From Candidatus Woesearchaeota archaeon (GTDB lineage Archaea; Nanobdellota; Nanobdellia; Pacearchaeales; GW2011-AR1), in the NCBI GenBank assembly GCA_964409005.1, contig CAYPBR010000002.1:1-53308 (forward strand): DNA of 53,308 nt. The letters run 5' to 3'. The translations under genes were made by a program, and so were the position numbers. The notes beneath the pieces are model-generated. The model saw only the letters and a list, made by a program, of their open reading frames with translations. It made no database searches and had not been told where the DNA came from. Shown one piece after another: positions 32,180-40,999 of this stretch (position 1 is its first letter; every line of letters begins with the position of its first letter).

Positions 32180-33843
32180 CTTCCTTCCTCTGTTGGATTT
32201 AATTTTCTAGCAAAATCACTTAAAAAATATTCATCAGTATCAATATCATATAAACATAATCTTCCATTCCAACCAGCACCACAATCAACATTTATAAGTT
32301 TAGCATATTTATCTCCGTGTTTATTAATAAATAAAGGTTTAGCATCAATATTTTCTGTGGAAGTGTGTCCAACAAAGATTTTATTCCATTCTTTAATTTT
32401 TAAACCATTTACCATACGATTAATTAATTCTCTATCCCAAGTTAAGTGTTCTGGGCTAAAATCTTTTGGGTGTTTACCTTTTTTAGATTTACCCTCTTTA
32501 TAATCAAATCCCCCATGAACAAATAGCATTTTATCAACTTCATAATAATAAACTCCGTTATTAAAAAAGTCTTTGTGAGATTGTGGCATTTTTTTATAAT
32601 GATACCCATGTGATTCATAAGATTTTTTTGTTGCTTCTCCGCCCTGCATTAACCAAACATTTTCAGCCCACCCATTTGCTATATAATTCATGAACCAGCA
32701 ATTTCCAGTGAAAGATACTTTTCCATTTAAACGAGTTATAAGGGTTCCTTTTGGCATTGTAAAACAAAGGAAATTATTCACTCCAGTAGTTTTACATTTT
32801 ACACACTTCCAATTTAGTATCTTTTTGTATATTTTAATCAAATATTGTGGTTTACCATTTTTGAATCCGCTTCTACCACCTTTTACAACTGAGCAAGAAT
32901 ACCCATTTGTAATCATAATAATTTGAATTAAATCTGCGTCTTTTTTGTTTATTGTTGTAACTCGTATCGTCCCACTATCTAAAGTATGACCATCTGTAAT
33001 CTGTAATTCCTCAAGAAATATTTTAGATTGAATCTTACTTATATTTTTAAAAGAATTTGGAAATTGTTTTTTACCATTTAAAAATTTAAATACCTTTCTT
33101 GCTTCTTCTCCATATATCCTAATTAAATATGGTTGTAATTTATTGATTCCAGACATTGTAGCTTTTTTAAAAGTATAAGAAATATTTAATTTTTCTAATA
33201 TTCCTCTTAATCTATCAATTTTTCTCTTTTTAGATAATTTAAATTGAATTCTTTTTTTATTTTCTGATGAAGAATAAAGACATCCATCACAAATTACCCA
33301 TACTAAAAATCTTAAATAATCATCAGTAAACTTTAAACCTTTAAGGTTAATTTCTCCAAAATGCCTAAACCTTGAAAGGTTGATTTTTTTATTTGTTGGG
33401 AATTCCCCTGCCTTTACAATCTGATTATCAACAACAAGATTATGTCTAGGTGTAACATGCTGTTTCATATTATAACTTTCAAAAATTAGTCCAGTATTCC
33501 TATGAATTGGAATCTTTGATAATGGTTTTGTGTATTCTATTTTTCCAGTTTTAATATCAAAGTTCGCAATCTTTTCATCTTTAATATTCTTTGCAATCAC
33601 CCACCCATTCTCTGTTAAAATCTCAGTATCTTCTATCACAGAGTCGTGGTTTCCTAAGACTAAAGTTTTATTTTTAACTTTAATTAATTCTTCAACAACT
33701 TCATAAGAATAACTATAACCATCCACAACGTCTCCGATTATGATTAATTCATCCTTTTTGTAATCAAACTTTGCTCGTTTGAACACTTGTTTCAATGCTT
33801 TGAAATTTCCATGCAAATCTCCCAAAACTAGCCTACGTTTCAT
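32176..33843 (-). CDS. calcineurin-type (PPP/lambda-phosphatase-like) metallophosphoesterase interrupted by an intein
   Basis: Extein motifs GDLHG, GDVVDGYS, GNHD | intein | ...FVHGGF, VGHTS. Confidence 0.8.
   Translation of the reverse strand: MKRRLVLGDLHGNFKALKQVFKRAKFDYKKDELIIIGDVVDGYSYSYEVVEELIKVKNKTLVLGNHDSVIEDTEILTENGWVIAKNIKDEKIANFDIKTGKIEYTKPLSKIPIHRNTGLIFESYNMKQHVTPRHNLVVDNQIVKAGEFPTNKKINLSRFRHFGEINLKGLKFTDDYLRFLVWVICDGCLYSSSENKKRIQFKLSKKRKIDRLRGILEKLNISYTFKKATMSGINKLQPYLIRIYGEEARKVFKFLNGKKQFPNSFKNISKIQSKIFLEELQITDGHTLDSGTIRVTTINKKDADLIQIIMITNGYSCSVVKGGRSGFKNGKPQYLIKIYKKILNWKCVKCKTTGVNNFLCFTMPKGTLITRLNGKVSFTGNCWFMNYIANGWAENVWLMQGGEATKKSYESHGYHYKKMPQSHKDFFNNGVYYYEVDKMLFVHGGFDYKEGKSKKGKHPKDFSPEHLTWDRELINRMVNGLKIKEWNKIFVGHTSTENIDAKPLFINKHGDKYAKLINVDCGAGWNGRLCLYDIDTDEYFLSDFARKLNPTEEGR
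32701..33642 (-). mobile_element. intein (314 aa) with LAGLIDADG homing-endonuclease domain
   Basis: Inserted directly after GNHD. Starts SVIEDTEILTENG (Ser1) and ends VSFTGN followed by Cys+1. LAGLIDADG-like blocks are LRFLVWVICDGCLY and IFLEELQITDGH. Confidence 0.75.
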
Positions 33844-33844
33844 T

Positions 33845-34018
33845 TTATATTAACCTCATTAATTTCTTATCTGTTTCCATAACTTCTTCTTTTAATTGTT
33901 CTGCTTCTTTGTTCATAACAACTACTCTTGCACAACTTTCAATACTTGCTTTTTCTCTTTCCGCTAAAAATTTAGTAACTTCTTCTCTATTCAAAATAAT
34001 TTTATTCCCTTTTCTCAT
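33845..34018 (-). CDS. hypothetical protein (57 aa)
   Basis: Hand-translated MRKGNKIILNREEVTKFLAEREKASIESCARVVVMNKEAEQLKEEV...; ATGA overlap upstream. Confidence 0.4.
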   Translation of the reverse strand: MRKGNKIILNREEVTKFLAEREKASIESCARVVVMNKEAEQLKEEVMETDKKLMRLI

Positions 34019-34227
34019 TTTTTCTTTTTCCTCATACTTTTCTGATATTCCTCTGCTTGTTTTTTTAATCTTTCGTGAAATAACTTATCTTCTGGCTCTT
34101 TTCTAATTTGTTTAATTGTTAACATATAATTATACATTAGACAATGGTTTGTTAAATCCTTTTTACAAAATCTAATAAGTTCTTTCACATGCTCTTCTCG
34201 TTGTTTTTTAGTTAATATGTCCATCAT
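34015..34227 (-). CDS. hypothetical protein
   Basis: ORF track. Confidence 0.4.
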   Translation of the reverse strand: MMDILTKKQREEHVKELIRFCKKDLTNHCLMYNYMLTIKQIRKEPEDKLFHERLKKQAEEYQKSMRKKKK

Positions 34228-34564
34228 TTGTTATTACCTCCACATTTTTATCTCTAGCATTAGCATAATCTATTACAAACTTTGTTCCTTTACTCGTCCC
34301 GTCCCAAAATGCGATTATCTTATCCGCAAGAGTTAAAATCTCTACATTTCTGAATAAATAATCTAATTTCTTAGAAGGATTAATTGGTCTTATTATTTTA
34401 CAAGGTGTGCCATTTATTTTACAAAATTCTTTAACCCAAGTATCTACACCTTTTGCACCACCAGTTATTACTACATCATTTTGACGAGTTAATTCGTTAA
34501 ATAAAGTCTCATCTACTAATGATTTATCTCCAAAATCTCTACTTCCAATTATTGCTATTATCAT
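34208..34564 (-). CDS. SLOG-fold protein (DUF2493/DprA-like)
   Basis: IIAIIGSRDF...VVITGGAKGVDTWV...RNVEIL..ADKIIAFWDGTSKGT. Confidence 0.6.
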   Translation of the reverse strand: MIIAIIGSRDFGDKSLVDETLFNELTRQNDVVITGGAKGVDTWVKEFCKINGTPCKIIRPINPSKKLDYLFRNVEILTLADKIIAFWDGTSKGTKFVIDYANARDKNVEVITNDGHIN

Positions 34565-34652
34565 TTTTTACTCCTTTGTTCTGAAAACTGAACTGATACC
34601 CAAGGTAATCCAAATATTCCTAAAATAATTCCTAATAAAGTTCCGTTACCTT

Positions 34653-34859
34653 TCATGTTCTCTTTTCTCCTACTTTGTGTTCTTTAATAAACTTTGAAAA
34701 AGTTTGTCTAAATTCAGTAATGCAATCATCACAAGTATCAGTAATCTCAAATTTCTTATCATCTCTTTCAACTCTGATGTATATACTATTTTCAAAAGCA
34801 TCATGCCCTTCTACCTTGATTATTTCTTCTCCACATAAATCACAAAATATTTTATTCAT
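34653..34859 (-). CDS. small zinc-ribbon protein
   Basis: CDLCGE...CDDC. Confidence 0.4.
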   Translation of the reverse strand: MNKIFCDLCGEEIIKVEGHDAFENSIYIRVERDDKKFEITDTCDDCITEFRQTFSKFIKEHKVGEKRT

Positions 34860-35047
34860 ATTTGTCTTCCTTCTTTATTGTGAATTAAATTCTCATAATA
34901 AATTAATTTATCTACTTTCCAAGAATGTGCTAAGGCATGAAACAATAGAATAAAATGATAATCATATCCTGAATGATAATAACTTAGACAGTTTTCAATT
35001 AAATCTCTTTCACTTACATTGGATTCTATTGTAAACTCTCCTTTCAT
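34856..35047 (-). CDS. hypothetical protein
   Basis: ORF track. Confidence 0.35.
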   Translation of the reverse strand: MKGEFTIESNVSERDLIENCLSYYHSGYDYHFILLFHALAHSWKVDKLIYYENLIHNKEGRQI

Positions 35048-35181
35048 TTTCTCTTTCCCCCAGAATAATGTTCTGGATTCTTTTTAATTGCTTCCTGCTT
35101 TTCTTTACACAATCTCTCATGATTCTTTTTAGCCCATTCCATCAGATAAGTTCTTTGGCAATAATTACATTTAAGACTCAT
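35044..35181 (-). CDS. C2HC zinc-finger mini-protein (45 aa)
   Basis: Hand-translated MSLKCNYCQRTYLMEWAKKNHERLCKEK... Confidence 0.35.
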   Translation of the reverse strand: MSLKCNYCQRTYLMEWAKKNHERLCKEKQEAIKKNPEHYSGGKRK

Positions 35182-35187
35182 GTTCTT

Positions 35188-35430
35188 TTATCCTATTTTG
35201 CGTTCTCTATCCATTTTTAATAATTTACAAGTTAATTTAGACCATTCTTTCCAATGTTCTTTACATAAATCAGCTTTTTCTTGTTCCAATGGTTTTTCAA
35301 ATTTCTTATATTTTTTGTGTTCTAATGGAATTCCATCACTTTCAGTCCACCCCCAACAACAATCTACATTTTGATAACTTTCTTCGTTGCATCCAATAAC
35401 ATCACAAGTGATTATTGTTTTCTTAACCAT
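35188..35430 (-). CDS. Cys-rich small protein
   Basis: ORF track; ITCDVIGCNE...CCWGW...CKEH. Confidence 0.4.
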   Translation of the reverse strand: MVKKTIITCDVIGCNEESYQNVDCCWGWTESDGIPLEHKKYKKFEKPLEQEKADLCKEHWKEWSKLTCKLLKMDRERKIG

Positions 35431-35677
35431 TTCGCACCCCTTCTTTTTTGCGTTGTTTTAAATATAATTCTTCACCAATCCAATTCAATAAATCTTTTCT
35501 CCCTTTTTTATTGTCTTTGAAACAAGTTGAAATTATGCTTCCCCAGGGATAAGATATTTTTATACAGATTAACTTGTCTCTAAATTCTGTAGAATTCCCA
35601 TCTTTGAAAACTTCCCTAACTTTATCTATTTTTATTGTTGCTTCTGTATGTTTCCTATCTTTTAATTGTTTCTTCAT
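35423..35677 (-). CDS. hypothetical protein
   Basis: ORF track. Confidence 0.4.
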   Translation of the reverse strand: MKKQLKDRKHTEATIKIDKVREVFKDGNSTEFRDKLICIKISYPWGSIISTCFKDNKKGRKDLLNWIGEELYLKQRKKEGVRNG

Positions 35678-35838
35678 TTTTTACCATTTCCTTCTTTAAT
35701 AGGAATAAGAACTGCGAATATCCATAAAGTCATAAATAATAAATAAAATATGAAAAAAATGTTTACACTAAATATCCCTAACAATCCACATATCATGGCA
35801 ATTCCAAAGGTTAACTTTTCGTACCAATGTTTAAACAT
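35674..35838 (-). CDS. small membrane protein (54 aa)
   Basis: Hand-translated MFKHWYEKLTFGIAMICGLLGIFSVNIFFIFYLLFMTLWIFAVLIP... Confidence 0.35.
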   Translation of the reverse strand: MFKHWYEKLTFGIAMICGLLGIFSVNIFFIFYLLFMTLWIFAVLIPIKEGNGKK

Positions 35839-36119
35839 TATTTACTCACCCCTTCTTTATTGTGTAATTTTTCATATTCTTTTGTATCTTGGATATATCT
35901 ATTGAAAGGTTTTTTCCTTGATATTTTCCTATTCTTAAATAAAACTTGTAAATAATGGTAAGTTGTCTTCAAATTTATCCTTAACTCATTTGCTATTCCC
36001 TGGGCAGTAAATGCTCTAGGATATCTCTTTTTAAGAAAATCTAAAACAACCCTTTCTGATTTTCCATGTATTGTTTCTAATTCTTCCCACTGATTATCTG
36101 TAAATCTTACTCCACTCAT
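35838..36119 (-). CDS. winged-helix DNA-binding protein
   Basis: VVLDFLKKRYPRAFTAQGIANELRINLKTTYHYLQVL. Confidence 0.5.
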   Translation of the reverse strand: MSGVRFTDNQWEELETIHGKSERVVLDFLKKRYPRAFTAQGIANELRINLKTTYHYLQVLFKNRKISRKKPFNRYIQDTKEYEKLHNKEGVSK

Positions 36120-36301
36120 CTTTGACTCACCCCTTCTTTATTGAGTAATTTATCTAGTTTCTCTTCAATTCTATTAGCTTGTGCACTATCCGACATTGTT
36201 GTTGCCCATACCTTTTTTGAACATATACTTATAAGTTTTCCACATCCAGGGCAATATTTATATTTACTATACAATCTTAGTCCACAATTATAACATTTCA
36301 T
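36116..36301 (-). CDS. zinc-ribbon protein
   Basis: CYNCGL...CPGCG. Confidence 0.45.
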   Translation of the reverse strand: MKCYNCGLRLYSKYKYCPGCGKLISICSKKVWATTMSDSAQANRIEEKLDKLLNKEGVSQR

Positions 36302-36434
36302 TTCTTACCCTCCTTATTTAAATCTTCTTTATTGTGAATACCTTTTGGTTTAAAAACAATCTTTCTTCCATCCTTTGTTTTAAATACAAACCTTTTTGGA
36401 ATTTTTATTGGTTTCCTAGCCCAAAAACTTCTTC

Positions 36435-36680
36435 TCATTTGTTACTCCCCTTTTTCACTTTGTGAACATCTATTCCAATCTCTTCTTTTAATTTTTTAAA
36501 ACCTAAAGAATTAATATATTTATCTCCTTCATAGTAACCATAAACAAATTCAGAATATTTTTCAATTAACTTATCTACTTCGGCGAGGGTTTTATCAATA
36601 ACTTCTATATGTGGTGCTTGTTCTGGACTTTCATTTAATGTATATCCAAGTTCTTCCAAAACTTTTTCTTTTATTTTCAT
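36435..36680 (-). CDS. hypothetical protein
   Basis: ORF track. Confidence 0.4.
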   Translation of the reverse strand: MKIKEKVLEELGYTLNESPEQAPHIEVIDKTLAEVDKLIEKYSEFVYGYYEGDKYINSLGFKKLKEEIGIDVHKVKKGSNK

Positions 36681-36783
36681 CTCTCTTTCCTTCCTGTTTG
36701 TTTAATTTTATAATAATCTCTAATCCATTTCATTAATTGTTCTGCATCTCTTTTCTGTCTTTCTATTATTTCTTCATATTCCA

Positions 36784-37158
36784 TTATTTTTTACTCCTAA
36801 GTTTAATATTGTGAAGTTCTTGAACTTTATCTGCATATTTGAATCCTTGAAACGATTTTGTTGGTATTGATTTAATATCTTTCCAAGAATTAGCCCACCA
36901 TGAAATAGAATTACTTGGTATTCCCATTGGGTCTTGTGAACCAGATATCTCTGGGGTATTCATATCTAAAATCTCAAAATAACCAACAATAAATCCTTCC
37001 GTTGCAAAATATATTTTATCCTCATTAGTTACTCTTTTTGGAAACCTTGAAAATTCCCAATAATATATTCCACTATCTCCTTTATCCTCATCTCCTTCTA
37101 ATTTATCTTGCTTGTGTAATAATTTCTCTTTTGTTGTGTAAATTATTATGTCTGTCAT
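36784..37158 (-). CDS. hypothetical protein (possibly PUA/ASCH-like fold)
   Basis: ORF track. DKIYFATEGFIVGYFEIL gives only a weak resemblance. Confidence 0.4.
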   Translation of the reverse strand: MTDIIIYTTKEKLLHKQDKLEGDEDKGDSGIYYWEFSRFPKRVTNEDKIYFATEGFIVGYFEILDMNTPEISGSQDPMGIPSNSISWWANSWKDIKSIPTKSFQGFKYADKVQELHNIKLRSKK

Positions 37159-37460
37159 TTTTTACTCCTAAGTTCTGAAACAAGTCCTTTTATTTTCTTT
37201 AACAATTCTTCTCGGTCTATAAGATATTTAACAAGTTTAATTTCATCAGTTCCATCATTTTCTCCATAACTATTTTCAGAAATTACTTTTGATTTCTCAA
37301 TCAATTCATAGATTGCTTTTGTTTGTTCTAATTCTCCTTCTGTAACTCTTATCCAAAAATTAAATTGGGCTACTGGTTTATTTTTTTCAAACTTATTCTT
37401 AATTACTAGGTTTCTCTTTAACTCTTCTATCTTCTCCTCGAGTTCTTTTATTGTTTTCAT
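37155..37460 (-). CDS. hypothetical coiled-coil protein
   Basis: Track ORF trimmed to ATG 37460 (ATGA overlap with the upstream stop). Confidence 0.4.
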   Translation of the reverse strand: MKTIKELEEKIEELKRNLVIKNKFEKNKPVAQFNFWIRVTEGELEQTKAIYELIEKSKVISENSYGENDGTDEIKLVKYLIDREELLKKIKGLVSELRSKK

Positions 37461-37714
37461 ATCCCATTTTCCTCCTTTGTTGCTTCTTCTGATAATAAAA
37501 CTGCTTTCCAACTTTGAATATCCATTTTCATTCCAGCTTCTCCCTTTTCTATTGCTTCTTCTATTTCTTTTACAATTTGTTCTCTTGTGAATTGTCTGAA
37601 TCTATGCCAATTTTCAATAAGATATTTAGACACAGTTCCAACCGCATAAGTTTTCCTACCTAAAGCATATCTAAAGGCATACATAACCATATCTTCAGAT
37701 ACTTCAAATCTCAT
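37457..37714 (-). CDS. conserved phage-type hypothetical protein (YALGR motif)
   Basis: MVMYAFRYALGRKTYAVGTV...; TATA box 31 nt upstream (leaderless geometry). Confidence 0.5.
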   Translation of the reverse strand: MRFEVSEDMVMYAFRYALGRKTYAVGTVSKYLIENWHRFRQFTREQIVKEIEEAIEKGEAGMKMDIQSWKAVLLSEEATKEENGI

Positions 37715-37746
37715 TTTGAGTTCTCCTTTTCCCCCCTTTTTTATAG
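37715..37746 (-). promoter_or_regulatory. TATA box / leaderless promoter (shared element with 27881..27910)
   Basis: Minus strand: CCCCTATAAAAAAGGGGGGAAAAGGAGAACTCAAA-ATG. Confidence 0.45.
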
Positions 37747-37822
37747 GGGTGCTTCTTCTTTTCTTTTATTTTATCCTTTTTCTTCTTTCTTTTATTATTT
37801 TCATTCATTTTTTTTATAAAAA

Positions 37823-38042
37823 GTCACAGCACTATAGTCCACCGAACAATTCAAAACAACATTTTCACTTTTCGTAACGTAACACAATTCACTTAATAGT
37901 GACTATGAATTCAGCACAATACTTTACTTCACATCTCGCCACATAAATGCTCATAACAACAAATCACACTACTCAAGCCTATGACACCGTTCATAACGCA
38001 ATCAAACAACACATCACAAAATCACTCGAAAGTGAGCATGAT
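37823..38042. other. ORF-free, strongly G-depleted (plus strand) region with degenerate A/C-rich ...WTCAC repeats
   Basis: About 220 nt with roughly 1 G in 10 on the plus strand. Motifs: AACACAATTCAC, AACAACAAATCACAC, AACACATCACAAAATCAC, AACAACATTTTCAC, plus tandem CGTAACGTAAC. Confidence 0.5.
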
Positions 38043-38489
38043 TCAAATATGCTTTTTGAACATCTTTAAGGTTATAGTAAGGTTCTGTAATGTTGATATT
38101 GCCTGATTAAGTAGTTGTTTTCTGTAACTTTCGTTTTCCACTGCATCTTCAACTGTCACATATACTCTTCCTTCTGTTGGTGTAGACACAGCAAAAAATG
38201 ACCTTTGGTCTACTTTTTCACCTTCTATTATAACAACCTCAACAATATGGTTAATTAAGTCTCTTGCTTGCTGTAACCTATATTGTTCTCCTGCTCTGCT
38301 ATCCTTCCATTCAAAATATTTATGAATGGGAGATTTCCTAGTTTTTGCACTTTCAACAATTCTTCCAGCTGTAACATGTCCATTAGCATCTCTTAACCTG
38401 TTGATAGTTTTTCCTATAACTTGTGCTTCTTTGTTATTGAACTTTGCTCCTATCCTTGCTTTATATCTTCTCATTTTTCTCTTTTTCAT
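38043..38489 (-). CDS. conserved phage-type hypothetical protein
   Basis: SPIHKYFEWKDSRAGEQYRLQQARDLINHI is a motif I recall from tailed-phage proteins of unassigned function. Confidence 0.5.
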   Translation of the reverse strand: MKKRKMRRYKARIGAKFNNKEAQVIGKTINRLRDANGHVTAGRIVESAKTRKSPIHKYFEWKDSRAGEQYRLQQARDLINHIVEVVIIEGEKVDQRSFFAVSTPTEGRVYVTVEDAVENESYRKQLLNQAISTLQNLTITLKMFKKHI

Positions 38490-39094
38490 TTTTTCTTTTT
38501 TGTTACTAGTTCATACATTCCAAAATTTCCTCCACTTTGACATCTTGGAGCCCACATTCCAATACCATAATAAAAACCAGCATAGTTTATCAAAAGAGCT
38601 ATATCTTGTTCTGATACATTGTTTTTATCAAATTGTATTACCAATTCACAACTCCAATCATGAAATTGAGGGGTATGTTTAGTATTACTTCCAACATTAT
38701 GGATTAAAACATCTCTTTTCTTAAACTTTATGGGAACAAGACCGTTTGTAGTGTTCATGATTTTTATTCCTCTTATAAGTTTCTTGGAGAACATTTTGTC
38801 TCCAACAAAAGATGTAGATTCTATTAATCCTGCTTTAAATCCTGCTGAAGGAAATCCTACATCTCCATCAGGCAAATAATGGACAGCATTTTCAATTTCC
38901 TTTGTTATATCCCGAAGTTTCTTTGCAGATTTTACCTTTCCTGTTTGTTTATCTTCTATTGCTTTTAAGGCTTCTTCAGGCATTCTATCTATTAACAATG
39001 GAGATTTTCCTACAATTGAATACCTTGCTGTTACAATATTTATCGCTGGAATACTTACTTCCCTTACCTTTTCTTCTTGTTTCAGATTTTTCAT
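38486..39094 (-). CDS. hypothetical protein
   Basis: ORF track; good coding look; no family recognised. Confidence 0.5.
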   Translation of the reverse strand: MKNLKQEEKVREVSIPAINIVTARYSIVGKSPLLIDRMPEEALKAIEDKQTGKVKSAKKLRDITKEIENAVHYLPDGDVGFPSAGFKAGLIESTSFVGDKMFSKKLIRGIKIMNTTNGLVPIKFKKRDVLIHNVGSNTKHTPQFHDWSCELVIQFDKNNVSEQDIALLINYAGFYYGIGMWAPRCQSGGNFGMYELVTKKKK

Positions 39095-39208
39095 CTTTTT
39101 TTACCTCCTTTCATTTGTTTAAGCATTTTATATCCTTCCAATATTTCATAGCTAAATAAGGATGCCCTATTAATGAAAACCATAATCCTTTAAAAAAATT
39201 AACAATTT

Positions 39209-39448
39209 TCATTTTTGTATACCTTCTGCAATTCTATCTGCGCTTGAATAAATATCATGGTGTTTTTTACACAAAATTTTTAGTTTTCTATGGTCTTGAT
39301 AATCACTTTTTTTGAGTAAAGTATGTATCCTATGAACTTCAAGTTCCCCAAGTTTATAAATTTTCTTATTTCCATTTGCCTTACAATCTTCACAACGCAT
39401 GTCATGCCACTTACATAGTAATTCTTTCTTTTTCTTTGATATTCCCAT
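39209..39448 (-). CDS. small HNH-like endonuclease
   Basis: CEDCKANGNKK...LEVHRIH...ILCKKHHDIY. Confidence 0.5.
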   Translation of the reverse strand: MGISKKKKELLCKWHDMRCEDCKANGNKKIYKLGELEVHRIHTLLKKSDYQDHRKLKILCKKHHDIYSSADRIAEGIQK

Positions 39449-39865
39449 TTATCTAATCCCTCTTTTATAATCATATTTCATGTGACATCCTCTGCATAAA
39501 GCTAACCAATCTTTAATATCTCTTTTATACTTTCCAGAGATGTTTGCCCAATCTAATCTACCATTTTTAGAACACTTTTGGCATTTATCTGGTTTTTTAA
39601 ATTTTCTTTGAGCCCATGTATGTATTCCTTTGTAGGTAATTTCCATTCCCTTCCAATTTGGATTATTTTCTCCCTTAATTTTATTTTTTGATTCTTTAGA
39701 CCATGTCCTTTTTGGATTATTTTCTCCACGATATATTGCAGCACATTTTTTACACCTCATACTCCAGACAAGTTTATTACAATTTAAACATTTTTTTTGA
39801 TGTTTCTTCTTATATCTATCATCATATTCTTTTCTTTTTCCAGGTGTCAAATCTTTTCTACTCAT
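39449..39865 (-). CDS. HNH-family homing endonuclease (ANISGxYKRDI paralogue 2)
   Basis: CLNCNK..CKKC; GENNPNWKG; IHTWA...CQKCSKNGRLDWANISGKYKRDIKDWLALCRGCHMKYD. Confidence 0.7.
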   Translation of the reverse strand: MSRKDLTPGKRKEYDDRYKKKHQKKCLNCNKLVWSMRCKKCAAIYRGENNPKRTWSKESKNKIKGENNPNWKGMEITYKGIHTWAQRKFKKPDKCQKCSKNGRLDWANISGKYKRDIKDWLALCRGCHMKYDYKRGIR

Positions 39866-40031
39866 ATTAATATTATATATTTCGTACTTATAAATGTTTC
39901 TACTCAGTTATATTTATGAAAAATACATAATCCTAATTTTTGGTGTTTTTTAATAGTCATTTTAATTTTACAAAACATTCCCTTCCCCACATTTAGGACA
40001 TGTTACTTTTTTTTCTTCTCTCATTTTTATT

Positions 40032-40793
40032 TCATCCCCTTAAATTAATTAGGAATTTATTTATTTCTTCAATTTCTTCAGGTGTAGGAACTTCTGGCAT
40101 TTTACATTTAAGATATGCCTTATCTATTTTATCAAAGAGGTCTTTAATCTTTTTATCAAGAACCCCCTCATCTATCTCTTTAAGTGGTTCATTTTCTAAT
40201 CCTGCTTTCTTAATTTTTAGTAATTTATTAACTTCTTTAATTTTAAAATGTTTGTTGAGTTCTTCTATATTTGGTTTAATTAATCCTGTTTGAAGGCAAT
40301 AAATTCCTGCCATCAATCCCCGCAGAACATATAAATATTTTTTTACTGTATTTTTACCTCTAAGAATGAACCTTTTATAATTAAATTCTGCTAATCCTCT
40401 ATAAGAATGGTATACCCCTTTCTTTCCAAAAGCATTATTAACTAATTGTTTAAGTTTCACAAAATCAGCATTTTTATAAAATTGGGGAGCATTTATCTCC
40501 TCTAATATATTACAATTCCCTTTAATCGCCAAACTAACCAATTTTTTAAGTTCAAATAAGACTATATCTTTGTTTTCTTCAGATTTAACTTCAATAACCT
40601 CTATTGGCTTATCTAATCCTAAGAATTTTTCCTTCCCTAAAATAAAACACCCCCTTATATCTATATCACTATCTTTACTTTCCCATCCGTATAAATTGCT
40701 TCCGCTAATGTAAAGATTTAATATTTGTCCACCTTTTCTGTTAACTGTATTTTTAATCTTACTGATTAATTGTGTTTCTTCTTTTTTGTTCAT
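40032..40793 (-). CDS. Pol-beta-superfamily nucleotidyltransferase (RlaP/PF10127-like)
   Basis: LYISGSNLYGWESKDSDIDIRGCF. Confidence 0.6.
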   Translation of the reverse strand: MNKKEETQLISKIKNTVNRKGGQILNLYISGSNLYGWESKDSDIDIRGCFILGKEKFLGLDKPIEVIEVKSEENKDIVLFELKKLVSLAIKGNCNILEEINAPQFYKNADFVKLKQLVNNAFGKKGVYHSYRGLAEFNYKRFILRGKNTVKKYLYVLRGLMAGIYCLQTGLIKPNIEELNKHFKIKEVNKLLKIKKAGLENEPLKEIDEGVLDKKIKDLFDKIDKAYLKCKMPEVPTPEEIEEINKFLINLRG

Positions 40794-40992
40794 TTTTACC
40801 TCTTGATTTTTTAATATTATTTTTAACTATTTCATCAACCATTTTTGAAAGAAAGTTAAAATTATCATAAAACCCTTTTTTAATTGGTTTTCCCTCACAA
40901 ACAAATTTTCCATACATAGCACTTTGGAAATCATCAAAAGTCATCTTTTCCTTAAAGATTGTTTTATGGAAATCGAACATTTGAAGTGACAT
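40759..40992 (-). CDS. hypothetical protein
   Basis: Track ORF 40759..41088 trimmed to ATG 40992. The upstream part lies inside the structured TnpB 3' region. Confidence 0.35.
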   Translation of the reverse strand: MSLQMFDFHKTIFKEKMTFDDFQSAMYGKFVCEGKPIKKGFYDNFNFLSKMVDEIVKNNIKKSRGKNEQKRRNTINQ

Positions 40993-40999
40993 ACTCTCA

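Noticed and set aside
37715-37815. 34-codon K/R-rich ORF (MNENNKRKKKKDKIKEKKKHPYKKGGKRRTQNEI) and its twin upstream of 27880
   Set aside because: Both are purine-rich promoter/leader DNA containing the TATA box of the downstream gene. The apparent peptide conservation follows from DNA similarity.
39280-39744. Same-strand alternative-frame ORFs 39280..39474 and 39553..39744
   Set aside because: They lie wholly inside the HNH genes 39209..39448 and 39449..39865, which carry clear motifs. They are alternative-frame artefacts of A/T-rich sequence.
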